A stretch of 32,000 bases of DNA from Xanthomonas campestris pv. campestris str. ATCC 33913 (lineage in GTDB: Bacteria; Pseudomonadota; Gammaproteobacteria; Xanthomonadales; Xanthomonadaceae). Shown in pieces: positions 1 through 7,827 of the stretch. The DNA lies in the NCBI RefSeq assembly GCF_000007145.1, contig NC_003902.1, positions 2,216,497 to 2,248,496 on the forward strand, in the 5' to 3' direction. Every line of letters begins with the position of its first letter. Positions within the stretch are counted from its first letter, which is position 1. The translations under genes were made by a program, and so were the position numbers. The notes beneath the pieces were generated by a model, which was not told the DNA's origin, did not search any database, and saw only the letters and a program-made list of their open reading frames with translations.

Positions 1-2
1 CC

Positions 3-983
3 ATGCCCAGCGGCGCCCCGGCCGACACCTATTGCGGAACCGAAGGCTACTGGCGTTTGTCCGACAGCGTGCAACGCACCGAGTCGTTCGTCATCAGCGG
101 GCTGGACCGCAACTACACCGACGTGTTGCCGAGTTTCAACCTGGCCTACGACCTGACCGAGAACCTGCTGCTGCGCGCGGCAGCCGCGAAGGTGATCGCA
201 CGTCCCAGCTACAACGATATTGCCGCGCCTGGAAGCCTGGAGTTCTACAGCCCCGAGTACGTGGCCGACCGGCGCCTGACCGGCGGTGCTAGCGAGCAGG
301 GCTGGTACGGCTCGGGCAGCAACAAGAACCTGGAGCCGTACAAGGCCAACCAGTTCGACCTGGGGCTGGAATGGTATTTCCACCCGGGTTCGGTGGCCGG
401 TCTGGGACTGTTCCGCAAGAATGTGGAGAACTTCGCGGTCGACGTGATCAGCGACGTCAACATGATGGTCGACGGGCAACCGGTCACGGTGCAGAACTAC
501 AGCACCCAGGCCGGCGGCCAGGACGCGGTCTCGCAGGGTGTGGAGCTCTACGCGCAGCACACGCTGCCATTCGGTCTCGGGGTGCAGTTCAACTACACCT
601 ACAACGATGCCAGCAAGGCGGCGGTGCGGCTGGAGGACGGCACCGAGGCCGGCAAGACCTCCATGCCGGGCAGCGCCAGAAACCAGACCAACCTCACCGT
701 GTTCTACGAAGCCGACAGCCTGCTGCTGCGCGCCTCGTACAACCGTCGCGGCGAGCTGGTGCAAGGCCTGGTCAACGGGTTGAACGTCTTCGAGGAGCCG
801 TACTACCAGATCGATCTGAACGCGGCATACAACATCACCCCGGCACTCAGCCTCACCGCCTCGGTGCTGAACCTGACCAAGCAGGAGTCCCGCTCGGACC
901 TTGGCGACGACACCCGCGCCCGCTTCTATACCGGCGGATACGCAGGCCGGCTGGCGTACCTGGGGCTGACCTACAAGTTCTAG
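3..983 (+). CDS. TonB-dependent outer-membrane receptor, C-terminal part (5' end lies outside the window)
   Basis: The ORF is open to the window edge. It has a beta-barrel style alternating pattern rich in Y/N/G/T and ends ...AGRLAYLGLTYKF, the terminal aromatic residue typical of TonB-dependent receptor barrels. Confidence 0.8.
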   Translation: MPSGAPADTYCGTEGYWRLSDSVQRTESFVISGLDRNYTDVLPSFNLAYDLTENLLLRAAAAKVIARPSYNDIAAPGSLEFYSPEYVADRRLTGGASEQGWYGSGSNKNLEPYKANQFDLGLEWYFHPGSVAGLGLFRKNVENFAVDVISDVNMMVDGQPVTVQNYSTQAGGQDAVSQGVELYAQHTLPFGLGVQFNYTYNDASKAAVRLEDGTEAGKTSMPGSARNQTNLTVFYEADSLLLRASYNRRGELVQGLVNGLNVFEEPYYQIDLNAAYNITPALSLTASVLNLTKQESRSDLGDDTRARFYTGGYAGRLAYLGLTYKF

Positions 984-995
984 GCCCTGGTGGGT

Positions 996-1030
996 CGCGC
1001 CCATGCCTGCCACATGGCGGTATGGGCGCG
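996..1030 (+). terminator. Hairpin downstream of the receptor gene (possible terminator)
   Basis: CGCGCCCAT (996-1004) pairs with ATGGGCGCG (1022-1030) 13 nt after the stop codon. There is no clear T-tract, so the call is weak. Confidence 0.3.
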
Positions 1031-1086
1031 ATGGTTTGGCGACGGCCGGGTTGCAGTGGAAGTGAACCTGGAATCGTTATTTCTAC
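1028..1086 (-). repeat. R0: inverted copy of the first ~55 bp of the cassette-boundary repeat
   Basis: The reverse complement of 2845-2901 aligns with 1028-1084 at about 48 of 55 positions by hand alignment (TTTGGCGACGG..GTGGAA.TGAACCTGGAA.CGTTATTTC). Confidence 0.8.
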
Positions 1087-1227
1087 ACCCTAATGGATAC
1101 TTCCCTGGCCGCCTGGTGTGTATCCGCAACGGGGCGCGGGGTCACGACCGGGCGATAGGTGCGCGATCCGGCTAGGGTCGGCTTATCATCCACGTTTCAA
1201 GGTCGAACAGTACATACAGGGGAAAAC

Positions 1228-2034
1228 ATGAAAAGGATGTTCGCGATGGCCGCGCTTGTGGGGTGCGGCAGTCTGTCGGCAGCGCCGTTGCCGCTCACCA
1301 CTCCGTGCACATTGGAAGAGGGATCAACCCTCCCGATCAATTTTGCAGGTCACGACACGGTGGCGGTCTACAGCGCCTTGAAGTCGATACCGGCCAAGGA
1401 CGAGTTTGAGACTGCGGCGGATCACGCCTCACGTGTCAAAAGCGCTGTCGCTGCACTCCCAACGGCCATCGCCACGGGACAACTGTGCGCGGGAAGCATG
1501 GTGATCAACCCATTGTTTGACTCGTGGAAGTACAACGCAGAGAAACGCCAGTACGAGGGGACGGATCTGTACATCCAGATGCATCGTGTCAGTGGCTACT
1601 ACGCACCGATCTACGGCAAAGAGACGAAGCGCCGCGAAAGCTCGTACATGGGAACCAACGCCTATGGTGTGACCGCGCGCGTACCCAAGGTTGAGCGAAC
1701 CACATACCAGGTTGCACTGCCTCGCAACGCGCTCACCGATGCGGCGTCTGACGTTCCTGGCTTGAATGTGGGCAAAGAGACGATTGCGGCCATTCTTCCT
1801 ATGGAGCCTGACGATGCGCGCGCGCATAAAGGGCGCCTTACGGAAATCTACCAGTACGAAGTTGTTCCGCCCCTCATTTCGCAGGACACCGAGCGGGAAT
1901 ACCCGACCTTTGATCTGCCGACGCATTACGAGAACGAGCAGCACTTCATTGAAGGGCGCTTGATAAAAATTGCGGTGGTTGATGTCAAGACGGGCACCGT
2001 CCTTAAGGTGTACGAACTGGGCAACGATCAGTGA
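1228..2034 (+). CDS. Hypothetical lipoprotein (module 0, gene 1)
   Basis: ATG at 1228 is preceded by AGGGGA. The N-terminus MKRMFAMAALVGCGS has a signal peptide with the lipobox L-V-G-C. GC content is lower than in the flagellar genes. I recognise no family. Confidence 0.65.
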   Translation: MKRMFAMAALVGCGSLSAAPLPLTTPCTLEEGSTLPINFAGHDTVAVYSALKSIPAKDEFETAADHASRVKSAVAALPTAIATGQLCAGSMVINPLFDSWKYNAEKRQYEGTDLYIQMHRVSGYYAPIYGKETKRRESSYMGTNAYGVTARVPKVERTTYQVALPRNALTDAASDVPGLNVGKETIAAILPMEPDDARAHKGRLTEIYQYEVVPPLISQDTEREYPTFDLPTHYENEQHFIEGRLIKIAVVDVKTGTVLKVYELGNDQ

Positions 2035-2834
2035 CGTTCAAGCTCGTGGACGTGGAAGAGTTGATCGCACAGGCCAAGATGTCTGGCGTGAGCAAGATCA
2101 GCGTGGATGTCCCATTGCTTGCGTCCTACTCCCAAGAGGCGTGTATTTCGCAAACGCAGTGGATGGCCGGCCCTCACTTCAACAAGAACTACGCGTGGCT
2201 GCACGTGGACGCAGAGGGCGTGCCGTTTTACGCCGGGTATGGTCGCGGGGCGTTTGCGTGGCAGAAGAACGGTGGCGTAGCCTGGGAATGGTTTGTTCGT
2301 GAGCGGCTGGGCGGAGAGTACCGCGTGGTGGTGTTGGCCGTTGGCATGTCGGAGGCTCACGCCCAAAGCATTTTTGAACAGATGTTGGAGACCTACAACA
2401 AACGGCTGCTCAATCAATCAAGCTTCAACCGAGGCATGGACTACGCGGCGCTCAAGGAAGAGAACGATAAAAAAGACGCCATCCGACCGTATTACCCAAT
2501 CGTACGCAGCAAAAAGCCAGCTGCAATGATCTTCCAAGCCGCACTGACGGCCCAGAATATGCAGTACGCCCTCAACCCCTACCGGACCGAAACAGGCCGG
2601 TTTGGGGAGGTCTTGCGGGATATGGACGCATACCAGCCTATCAATACGTCGTTCATTACGTTCATTGTTGAGTGGCACATTGGACAGGACGACCTGGATG
2701 GAGCACGGGAGGCGTTGGCCGAGTTCAAGCGTCGTGCGCCCCGGCACAACGGCCACGATAGAATTACTCGGCTCGATAAGCTTGTTGAACATGGGCGTTT
2801 CTACCGTCGCCCAGGCTGGCTTGATATAACATAA
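2031..2834 (+). CDS. Hypothetical cytoplasmic protein (module 0, gene 2); weak GIY-YIG-like motif spacing
   Basis: The GTG start overlaps the upstream stop (GTGA at 2031-2034), which suggests translational coupling. There is no signal peptide. YAWLHVDAEGVPFYAGYG followed by SEAHAQSIFEQMLETYN gives GIY..YIG..E-x15-N-like spacing, but the match is weak. An alternative ATG lies at 2079. Confidence 0.55.
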   Translation: MTFKLVDVEELIAQAKMSGVSKISVDVPLLASYSQEACISQTQWMAGPHFNKNYAWLHVDAEGVPFYAGYGRGAFAWQKNGGVAWEWFVRERLGGEYRVVVLAVGMSEAHAQSIFEQMLETYNKRLLNQSSFNRGMDYAALKEENDKKDAIRPYYPIVRSKKPAAMIFQAALTAQNMQYALNPYRTETGRFGEVLRDMDAYQPINTSFITFIVEWHIGQDDLDGAREALAEFKRRAPRHNGHDRITRLDKLVEHGRFYRRPGWLDIT

Positions 2835-2844
2835 GAGCTGGGGG

Positions 2845-2967
2845 AAATAACGGTTCCAGGTTCAGTTCCACGGCAGCCTGACCGTCGCCAAACTATCGCG
2901 ACCGTGCCTGCGCGCGTAGCGGCATAGATCGGCAGCGATGTTGGTAGTGAAACGACAACGGCCGCAG
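2845..2967 (+). repeat. R1: cassette-boundary repeat, truncated inside its terminal hairpin
   Basis: Homologous to 7628-7741 and 10574-10696. It starts a few nt after the module 0 stop codon and ends at ..ACGACAACGGCCGCAG, where the module 1 left end (CGTGATGGGGTCAGG) begins. Confidence 0.85.
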
Positions 2968-3110
2968 AACCGTGATGGGGTCAGGTGCACTTATCAGGCG
3001 ACGGCGTTCGGCTTGCGTGGCCCTTATGTAACTGCGCCAGCGGCGCACACAGCCGCGCGAGACCCGCCAGCGTGTATTGACACGCCAGACCGTGTACTTG
3101 CAATCTAGTC

Positions 3111-3172
3111 CCAAGGAGCGTCGAAACTCCTCTAGTAGCGGTACCCACCTCCGTCAAACCGGTGGGTTTTTT
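3111..3172 (+). ncRNA. Candidate small RNA with its own promoter and intrinsic terminator
   Basis: TTGACA (3077-3082), a 16-nt spacer and TGCAAT (3099-3104) form a promoter-like motif. About 60 nt further on are a 5' hairpin AGGAG/CTCCT (3114-3131) and a terminator hairpin ACCCACC/GGTGGGT (3143-3167) running into a T6 tract (3167-3172). No ORF lies in this stretch. Confidence 0.4.
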
Positions 3173-3212
3173 GTGCCTGCATCCCGCAGGTACAAGCCGA
3201 CGCAATGCCTGT

Positions 3213-3287
3213 GTCGGGAGGGCGGCTAATACAACACCCGCAAGGGGAATATGCCCGCCGGCTACTAGCGGTTTCGAACCTCCCGAC
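3213..3287 (+). other. 75-nt structured element in the leader of the HTH/SymE-like operon
   Basis: A perfect 9-bp closing stem pairs GTCGGGAGG (3213-3221) with CCTCCCGAC (3279-3287). Inside it is a GGTT-TCGA-AACC hairpin. It does not fold as a tRNA cloverleaf. Confidence 0.3.
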
Positions 3288-3338
3288 ATCCCGTCGCCGT
3301 TGGCGGCGGTTCTTGGGTTGTTCCAGGAGGGCGTTGCC

Positions 3339-3608
3339 ATGTCTACCGCACCATCCATGCCGGCATCTGTGCCGGTTGATCTGTTGCCAGCTTCCGCTCA
3401 CCGCCTGCGGTGGGATGTTGGCGAGGTGCTGCGCCGGCTCGTCGCACGCGCAGCTGTTGAGCAGGCGAGCGACGATGCCGCGCATTCGCTGAGTCGCCAG
3501 CTCGGTGTATTGCCGCACACCTCGCGCCGCCGGTTCGCACGCAAGGCCGTGGCGTTGCAGCAGCATTTCGCCGCATCCATCATCCGCCATCACCCGGAGG
3601 CGCCATGA
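3339..3608 (+). CDS. Small (89 aa) HTH-like protein, putative regulator or antitoxin partner of the downstream SymE-like gene
   Basis: AGGAGG lies 8 nt upstream of the ATG at 3339. The stop overlaps the next start (ATGA at 3605-3608). AHSLSRQLGVLPHTSRRRFARK looks like a helix-turn-helix. Confidence 0.5.
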   Translation: MSTAPSMPASVPVDLLPASAHRLRWDVGEVLRRLVARAAVEQASDDAAHSLSRQLGVLPHTSRRRFARKAVALQQHFAASIIRHHPEAP

Positions 3609-4021
3609 CACGCCGCCGCCCACCCAAGGCATCTGCCAACGCACGGCCCACCCGCACGCGTACGCGCCCCGCGCCGCCCAAGCGGGTGCAGTGGGTCGTT
3701 GTGGAACCCGACCGCACCAAGCTGCCACCGATGCTACCACCCGACCCGGACGCCTCCTCGCAAGGCCCCGGCACGCTACGCGCACCCCGCCGCGCCCGCC
3801 GCCCGCGCCAATGCACCGTCAGCTACACCCATTACCCCGGCGCCCACGACCACGCCGGCGACCAGCACGTGCCCCACGTCCGTCTCAGCGGCCTATGGCT
3901 GGAACACTTGGGCTTTGCCATCGGCACCAAGCTGCGCATCACCGCCGGCGCGGGGCAGTTGTTGATGGAGGTGTTGCCGCTGGTGGAGGTGCCGGCCAAG
4001 GCGCGCAGCGTGCGGCGATGA
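3605..4021 (+). CDS. SymE-family (AbrB-fold, type I toxin-like) protein with a basic Pro/Arg-rich N-terminal region
   Basis: The C-terminal RQCTVSYTHYPG..HVPHVRLSGLWLEHLGFAIGTKLRITAGAGQLLMEVLP matches the E. coli SymE core as I recall it ([42 protein letters not shown]). Confidence 0.6.
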   Translation: MTRRRPPKASANARPTRTRTRPAPPKRVQWVVVEPDRTKLPPMLPPDPDASSQGPGTLRAPRRARRPRQCTVSYTHYPGAHDHAGDQHVPHVRLSGLWLEHLGFAIGTKLRITAGAGQLLMEVLPLVEVPAKARSVRR

Positions 4022-4107
4022 TGCTGCGGCTGCCAGACCCCTTGCGATTGACCTCGGTGCCGGATGCCACTAGCGTCGCAGCCACACCAGCGCACAACGG
4101 ACGCTTC

Positions 4108-4737
4108 ATGATCGCGCGCCCCCTCTACGCCTTGCTCGCCAGCCTCGCTCTGGGCGCATGCGCCCACACGGCGGCCACCCCAGCCTCGGCAACCGTCACG
4201 GAGACATCTGCCATGAGTTCCCCAGCCGATCACGTACCTGCAGATCCTTCCAAAGGTGGACCACGTACCGCGCAGGAAGCATTGGAGCGGGTACTGGAGC
4301 TGATTCGCACAAGCGCCAGTATTGAATCGTTCACTTCCGACCATGTGTCTCGAGCAATGGGCCAGTCGGCACAGCATCGCGATGATGGGTCCGGGCGGTT
4401 CGGTGCCAGCGGAGTGCTGACCCGAAACTGGAACTACGGGTTTGGTGTCAACAAAACCGAAGTAAAGGGTGCATGGTTCGAGTTCCTGTTCCTGCCTAAC
4501 CCGCCAGAAGCATCTCCCTCTATGTCGGATATCTGCCAGATCGACTTTGAGGCATTTGCGGCGCATCTCGAGAAAATGGGTTTTTCGCGACAGCGCAACC
4601 TTGTCGAGGATGGACGATGGATGAGCGATATTTTTCAACGCCCAGGGATGCGCGTAGAGCTCTTCCCGCGTGGCGAGGCTGACGAACCTTTAGCGCGCAC
4701 CACTCATCAGTGCGTCGAGTGGGTTCAAATTCGGTAG
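4108..4737 (+). CDS. Periplasmic lipoprotein, putative immunity protein (X-Tfi-like) for the downstream XVIPCD effector
   Basis: MIARPLYALLASLALGACAH carries a lipobox (L-G-A-C). It sits directly upstream of the effector-like gene, and a paralog lies at 8123-8740. A TTGACC-17-TAGCGT promoter-like motif at 4048-4076 is conserved upstream of the paralog. Confidence 0.6.
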   Translation: MIARPLYALLASLALGACAHTAATPASATVTETSAMSSPADHVPADPSKGGPRTAQEALERVLELIRTSASIESFTSDHVSRAMGQSAQHRDDGSGRFGASGVLTRNWNYGFGVNKTEVKGAWFEFLFLPNPPEASPSMSDICQIDFEAFAAHLEKMGFSRQRNLVEDGRWMSDIFQRPGMRVELFPRGEADEPLARTTHQCVEWVQIR

Positions 4738-4751
4738 TCCAAGGAGCGGAC

Positions 4752-6221
4752 ATGTTGAGCCAAGAAGCAAGTGCCGTGGTGGCGTCATTTGGTCAGCAAC
4801 CAGGTGTCACACGTGAGCATCTGGACAACTTCAACCGGGTCCTGAACGATTCGCCCGAGTTGACCCGCCAGATCAACGAGGCGGTGCAGAAAAAGGTGCT
4901 GAAAGGCTTCGCGCCGTTAAATGATCCGCATGCGGGAGGCACCTATGATCCACGCGATCAGGAAATTCACCTGCCGCTTGCAGCGCTGGTGAATGATGCC
5001 AACGGCAAGCATGCAGCAGCAGGCGATCTGACTTTCGTCTTGGGGCATGAAATTCAGCATAGCCTTTACAGTCCCACTGCTGCGCTTGCGCGGGAACAGT
5101 TCAAAACAGAGGCAATAAAAATTGCCCGTAGCACGCACGATTACACTGCTGCTGGCGAGAAGGTGCTGGCCAGTAACCGTGCGGACGAAGCAACGGCCGA
5201 AATAGCCGGATGGAACGCTATCGTGAGCGCGGCCAAGAGTCGTAATCCTAATCCTACGCTTGAAGATGTGTACCTGTTTGCGGATGGTCGGGCCAGAGAT
5301 TTCGTCACGCGCAGCGGTTATCCAAGCGTCTATACGCCCAAGGCAAACCTGACGTTCAATAGCGACCTGACGTTGTCGCCCACGGCGGCTAATGTCGAGG
5401 CAATGGGAGTGAATTACTTCGACAAATCGGTCAAGGACACCCGTATCGGTCATGCGGGCCAGTCCGACTGCGTCAACCATTACGGTCCGTGGGTGGTTGG
5501 CACAGCCGCCATCTACGAGCGACACTACAACAAGTCAAAGCCCGGCGAGCCGGAGCAGCCAATGATCCTGGACATGCAGCGCCTGGGATTCAAAGAAGAA
5601 ATTTTGGAGCACAACGGCGTTGACCTGGGCAGCGACACCCGTCCCATGCCATACCTGGACAGTAGTACACAGCCGCCAACCCCTGGGCTCTTCCAGCACA
5701 GCAAGGACACTCACCTGCACATCTCGCCGATTTCTGCCCAGGCGCTGGAGCAGGAGCTGCGAGAGCGCGATCCGCAATCGCCGGGGCCGTCGGCACAGCT
5801 TTTTCCGTCAGACCCCGGTCATGCGGATCACTCGCTCTACCAACAGATCAGGAATGGGGTGCAAAAGCTCGATGCCCAGCATGGCAGGGAGTGGGATGCA
5901 TCAAGCCAGCGCATGACTGCCAGCCTGCTTGCTCTGGCAAAAGAGGAAGGGTTGTCGCGGGTGGATCATGTGGTGCTCAACAACCCAACGGCTCAGCTGG
6001 CGGGCGGCGAGAAGGTCTTCGTCGTTCAGGGCGCCCTCAACGACCCGGCTCACCAGCGTGCCCATATGTCGACCATGGACGCCGTGCAGACACCAGAGAC
6101 CCAGTCGTTCGATCGTCTGCAGGCAATCAACCAAACCCAGGCCCAAGCGCGCGAACAGCAGCAGGCGCTGGAGCAGTCCCAGCAAGCCGTCAGCCAGGCT
6201 GGTCCGTCGGTGACGCGCTGA
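4752..6221 (+). CDS. Putative T4SS antibacterial effector (X-Tfe-like): N-terminal HExxH zincin-like domain plus C-terminal XVIPCD and Gln-rich tail
   Basis: AAGGAG lies upstream of the ATG at 4752. The metallopeptidase motif is LTFVLGHEIQHSLY. The C-terminus DPGHADHSLYQQ..LDAQHGREWD..LAKEEGLSRVDHVVL..VFVVQGALNDPAHQRAHM.. plus a Q-rich tail has the conserved blocks of the XVIPCD. Confidence 0.7.
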   Translation: MLSQEASAVVASFGQQPGVTREHLDNFNRVLNDSPELTRQINEAVQKKVLKGFAPLNDPHAGGTYDPRDQEIHLPLAALVNDANGKHAAAGDLTFVLGHEIQHSLYSPTAALAREQFKTEAIKIARSTHDYTAAGEKVLASNRADEATAEIAGWNAIVSAAKSRNPNPTLEDVYLFADGRARDFVTRSGYPSVYTPKANLTFNSDLTLSPTAANVEAMGVNYFDKSVKDTRIGHAGQSDCVNHYGPWVVGTAAIYERHYNKSKPGEPEQPMILDMQRLGFKEEILEHNGVDLGSDTRPMPYLDSSTQPPTPGLFQHSKDTHLHISPISAQALEQELRERDPQSPGPSAQLFPSDPGHADHSLYQQIRNGVQKLDAQHGREWDASSQRMTASLLALAKEEGLSRVDHVVLNNPTAQLAGGEKVFVVQGALNDPAHQRAHMSTMDAVQTPETQSFDRLQAINQTQAQAREQQQALEQSQQAVSQAGPSVTR

Positions 6222-6278
6222 GTGTTTCGCAACGAGATAACGGGGTCAAAATAACGGTTCAAATAACGGTTCCAGGTT

Positions 6279-7627
6279 CTGAGGTTTCCCCACATTTCCT
6301 CCTGGCAAATCAATCACTTGCGACGTAATTGCCTGGAAGAAAGTGCGCGCATGGCGCAATCTTCAAGGTGACTAAGCCAGAGAAGGTTGACGACCATGCG
6401 CGCCAGCGAAGTATTGCAGAAGTGCCTGCCCAACTCACTGTCCGGGATGCATGCGTTGCGCGAACGCGCGTTGCTGCATGCGGTCGAGGCGTTGTTGCAC
6501 GGACGCAGGCTGACACTGATGGACATCGCACGTTCGTGGCCGAGCGCACTGCGGGTGCGCGCGCCGCTCAAGGCAGTTGATCGCCTGTTGAGTAATCGCA
6601 ATTTGCAGGTCGAGCGATCAGTGATCGACCACGAGATGGCGCACTGGCTGCTGCGCGGCGCGCAGCCGGTAATCGTCATCGACTGGAGCGATCTGAAGCC
6701 AGACAAATCGTGGTGTCTGCTGCGCGCAGCGGTGCCGGTGGGCGGCCGCACGCTTACCTTGCTGGACATGGTAGTGCCAGGAAAGCAGCAGGGATCGCCT
6801 GGTGCAGAAAGACGCTTCTTGCAACAACTGAGGGCACTGGTTCCGGACGATGTTCGCCCGATCCTGGTCACTGACGCCGGCTTCCGGACACCGTGGTTCC
6901 GCGCTGTATCGGCCATGGGCTGGTGTTGGGTTGGGCGACTGCGCGGGCGCACGCAAGTCAAGCCGCAGGACGTGCGGGATGAAGCAGATCAGTGGATCGA
7001 CAGCCGGAAACTGCATGTGTTGGCGTCCAATCGTGCATGCGAGTTACCGCCGATGCAGGCCAATCGCAGCGATCCACTCGATTGCAGGTTGGTGATTTAC
7101 GCCAAGGCACGGCAAGGGCGCAAACAGTGCAATCGCCGCTCACCCGCCAAAGTCTCGCGTGCGTCATCGAGTCTGAAGGCCGCAGCGCGCGAGCGCGAGC
7201 CTTGGCTCATCGTTGCATCCCCGCAGCTGCAGGCGCCCAGCGCAAAGCAGTTGGTCAATGTGTACGCACGACGGATGCAGATCGAGCTTGCATTTCGCGA
7301 TCTGAAATCACATCGCTACGGCCAGGCGCTGGAAGACAGTTTGACCCGACGCGGCGAGCGACTGCAGATCCTGCTGCTGATCAATACGTTGGCTGCATTC
7401 GCCAGCTGGTTGGCGGGGCTGGGATGCGAAGCGACCGGTATCGCCCAGTGGCTGTCTCCTCGCAACAGCACACGCAAGCTTTACTCCACGCTACGCATCG
7501 GCCGAGAAGCGCTGGTCAGGCAGTGGCCGATGGAACCCGTCTCACGGTGGATAGGGCGCTTGCGCGCACTGCCTGCGGCAGTGCGCGAGCAGATGACGCT
7601 TACGGTGTAAAACGTGGGGATACCTTA
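6279..7627 (+). mobile_element. IS10-like insertion sequence (IS4 family), apparently intact
   Basis: The terminal inverted repeats are CTGAGGTTTCCCCAC (6279-) and the reverse complement CTAAGGTATCCCCAC (-7627), matching at 13 of 15 positions. A 9-bp direct target duplication TTCCAGGTT lies at 6270-6278 and 7628-7636. The element is 1349 bp long and interrupts boundary repeat R2. Confidence 0.9.
6396..7610 (+). CDS. IS4-family (IS10-like) DDE transposase
   Basis: Several blocks resemble the IS10 transposase as I recall it: LTLMDIARSWP, VDRLLSNRNL, PVIVIDWSDL, ILVTDAGFRTPWF, GWCWVGRLRG. QLVNVYARRMQIELAFRDLK contains the Y-2-R-3-E-6-K signature. Confidence 0.9.
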   Translation: MRASEVLQKCLPNSLSGMHALRERALLHAVEALLHGRRLTLMDIARSWPSALRVRAPLKAVDRLLSNRNLQVERSVIDHEMAHWLLRGAQPVIVIDWSDLKPDKSWCLLRAAVPVGGRTLTLLDMVVPGKQQGSPGAERRFLQQLRALVPDDVRPILVTDAGFRTPWFRAVSAMGWCWVGRLRGRTQVKPQDVRDEADQWIDSRKLHVLASNRACELPPMQANRSDPLDCRLVIYAKARQGRKQCNRRSPAKVSRASSSLKAAAREREPWLIVASPQLQAPSAKQLVNVYARRMQIELAFRDLKSHRYGQALEDSLTRRGERLQILLLINTLAAFASWLAGLGCEATGIAQWLSPRNSTRKLYSTLRIGREALVRQWPMEPVSRWIGRLRALPAAVREQMTLTV

Positions 7628-7726
7628 GTTCCAGGTTCAGTTCCACGGCAGCCTGACCGTCGCCAAACTATCGCGCCCGTGCCTGCGCGCTTGGCGACAT
7701 AGATCGACAGCGATGCTAGTACTGAA

Positions 7727-7759
7727 ACGACAACGGCCGCAGTACGCGGCCGTTGTCGT
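7727..7759. terminator. Perfect 14-bp hairpin (copy of the cheA-distal hairpin)
   Basis: ACGACAACGGCCGC, loop AGTAC, GCGGCCGTTGTCGT. The sequence is identical to the hairpin at 10681-10713. Confidence 0.5.
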
Positions 7760-7787
7760 CAGATCAGGCAGCCAGGATCGTCTTGAC

Positions 7788-7822
7788 GATTCCCGATTCC
7801 CGATTCCCGATTCCCGATTCCC
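7788..7822. repeat. Heptamer microsatellite (GATTCCC)x5
   Basis: Five perfect tandem heptamers lie directly next to the stop codon of the cheA 3' fragment. Confidence 0.95.
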
Positions 7823-7827
7823 GAAAA

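Noticed and set aside
2845-2901. Whether the boundary repeats are integron attC sites and the array a chromosomal integron.
   Set aside because: There is no intI gene or attI in the window. ATAAC and GTTATTT only loosely resemble the RYYYAAC and GTTRRRY cores. The repeats extend well beyond attC size into shared flanking sequence. The cassette-like logic is kept as a finding, but not the integron label.
2977-3000. Whether GGGGTCAGGTGCACTTATCAGG (also at 7961) is a Tn3-family terminal inverted repeat.
   Set aside because: It starts with GGGG like Tn3-family ends. However, I found no inverted partner at the right ends of the modules, only a 7-nt direct GGGGTCA near 6241, and there is no transposase or resolvase.
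3213-3287. A possible tRNA or tRNA-derived att site: 75 nt long, a 7-9 bp acceptor-like stem and a GGTTTCGAACC motif resembling a T-loop.
   Set aside because: I could not form D, anticodon or T arms with standard geometry. The T-loop-like hairpin has a 4-nt loop and its stem does not pair as a T-stem. It is kept only as an unexplained structured element.
3505-4737. A 410-aa ORF that would extend the lipoprotein gene far upstream across the SymE-like gene.
   Set aside because: The upstream 200 aa are Pro/Arg low-complexity in a frame overlapping the better-supported SymE-like ORF. The internal ATG at 4108 gives a textbook lipoprotein signal peptide that is conserved in the paralog at 8123.
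7788-7822. Whether the heptamer arrays and other short tandem repeats form a CRISPR-like array.
   Set aside because: The units are 7 bp with no spacers, so these are microsatellites. No repeat-spacer architecture exists anywhere in the window.
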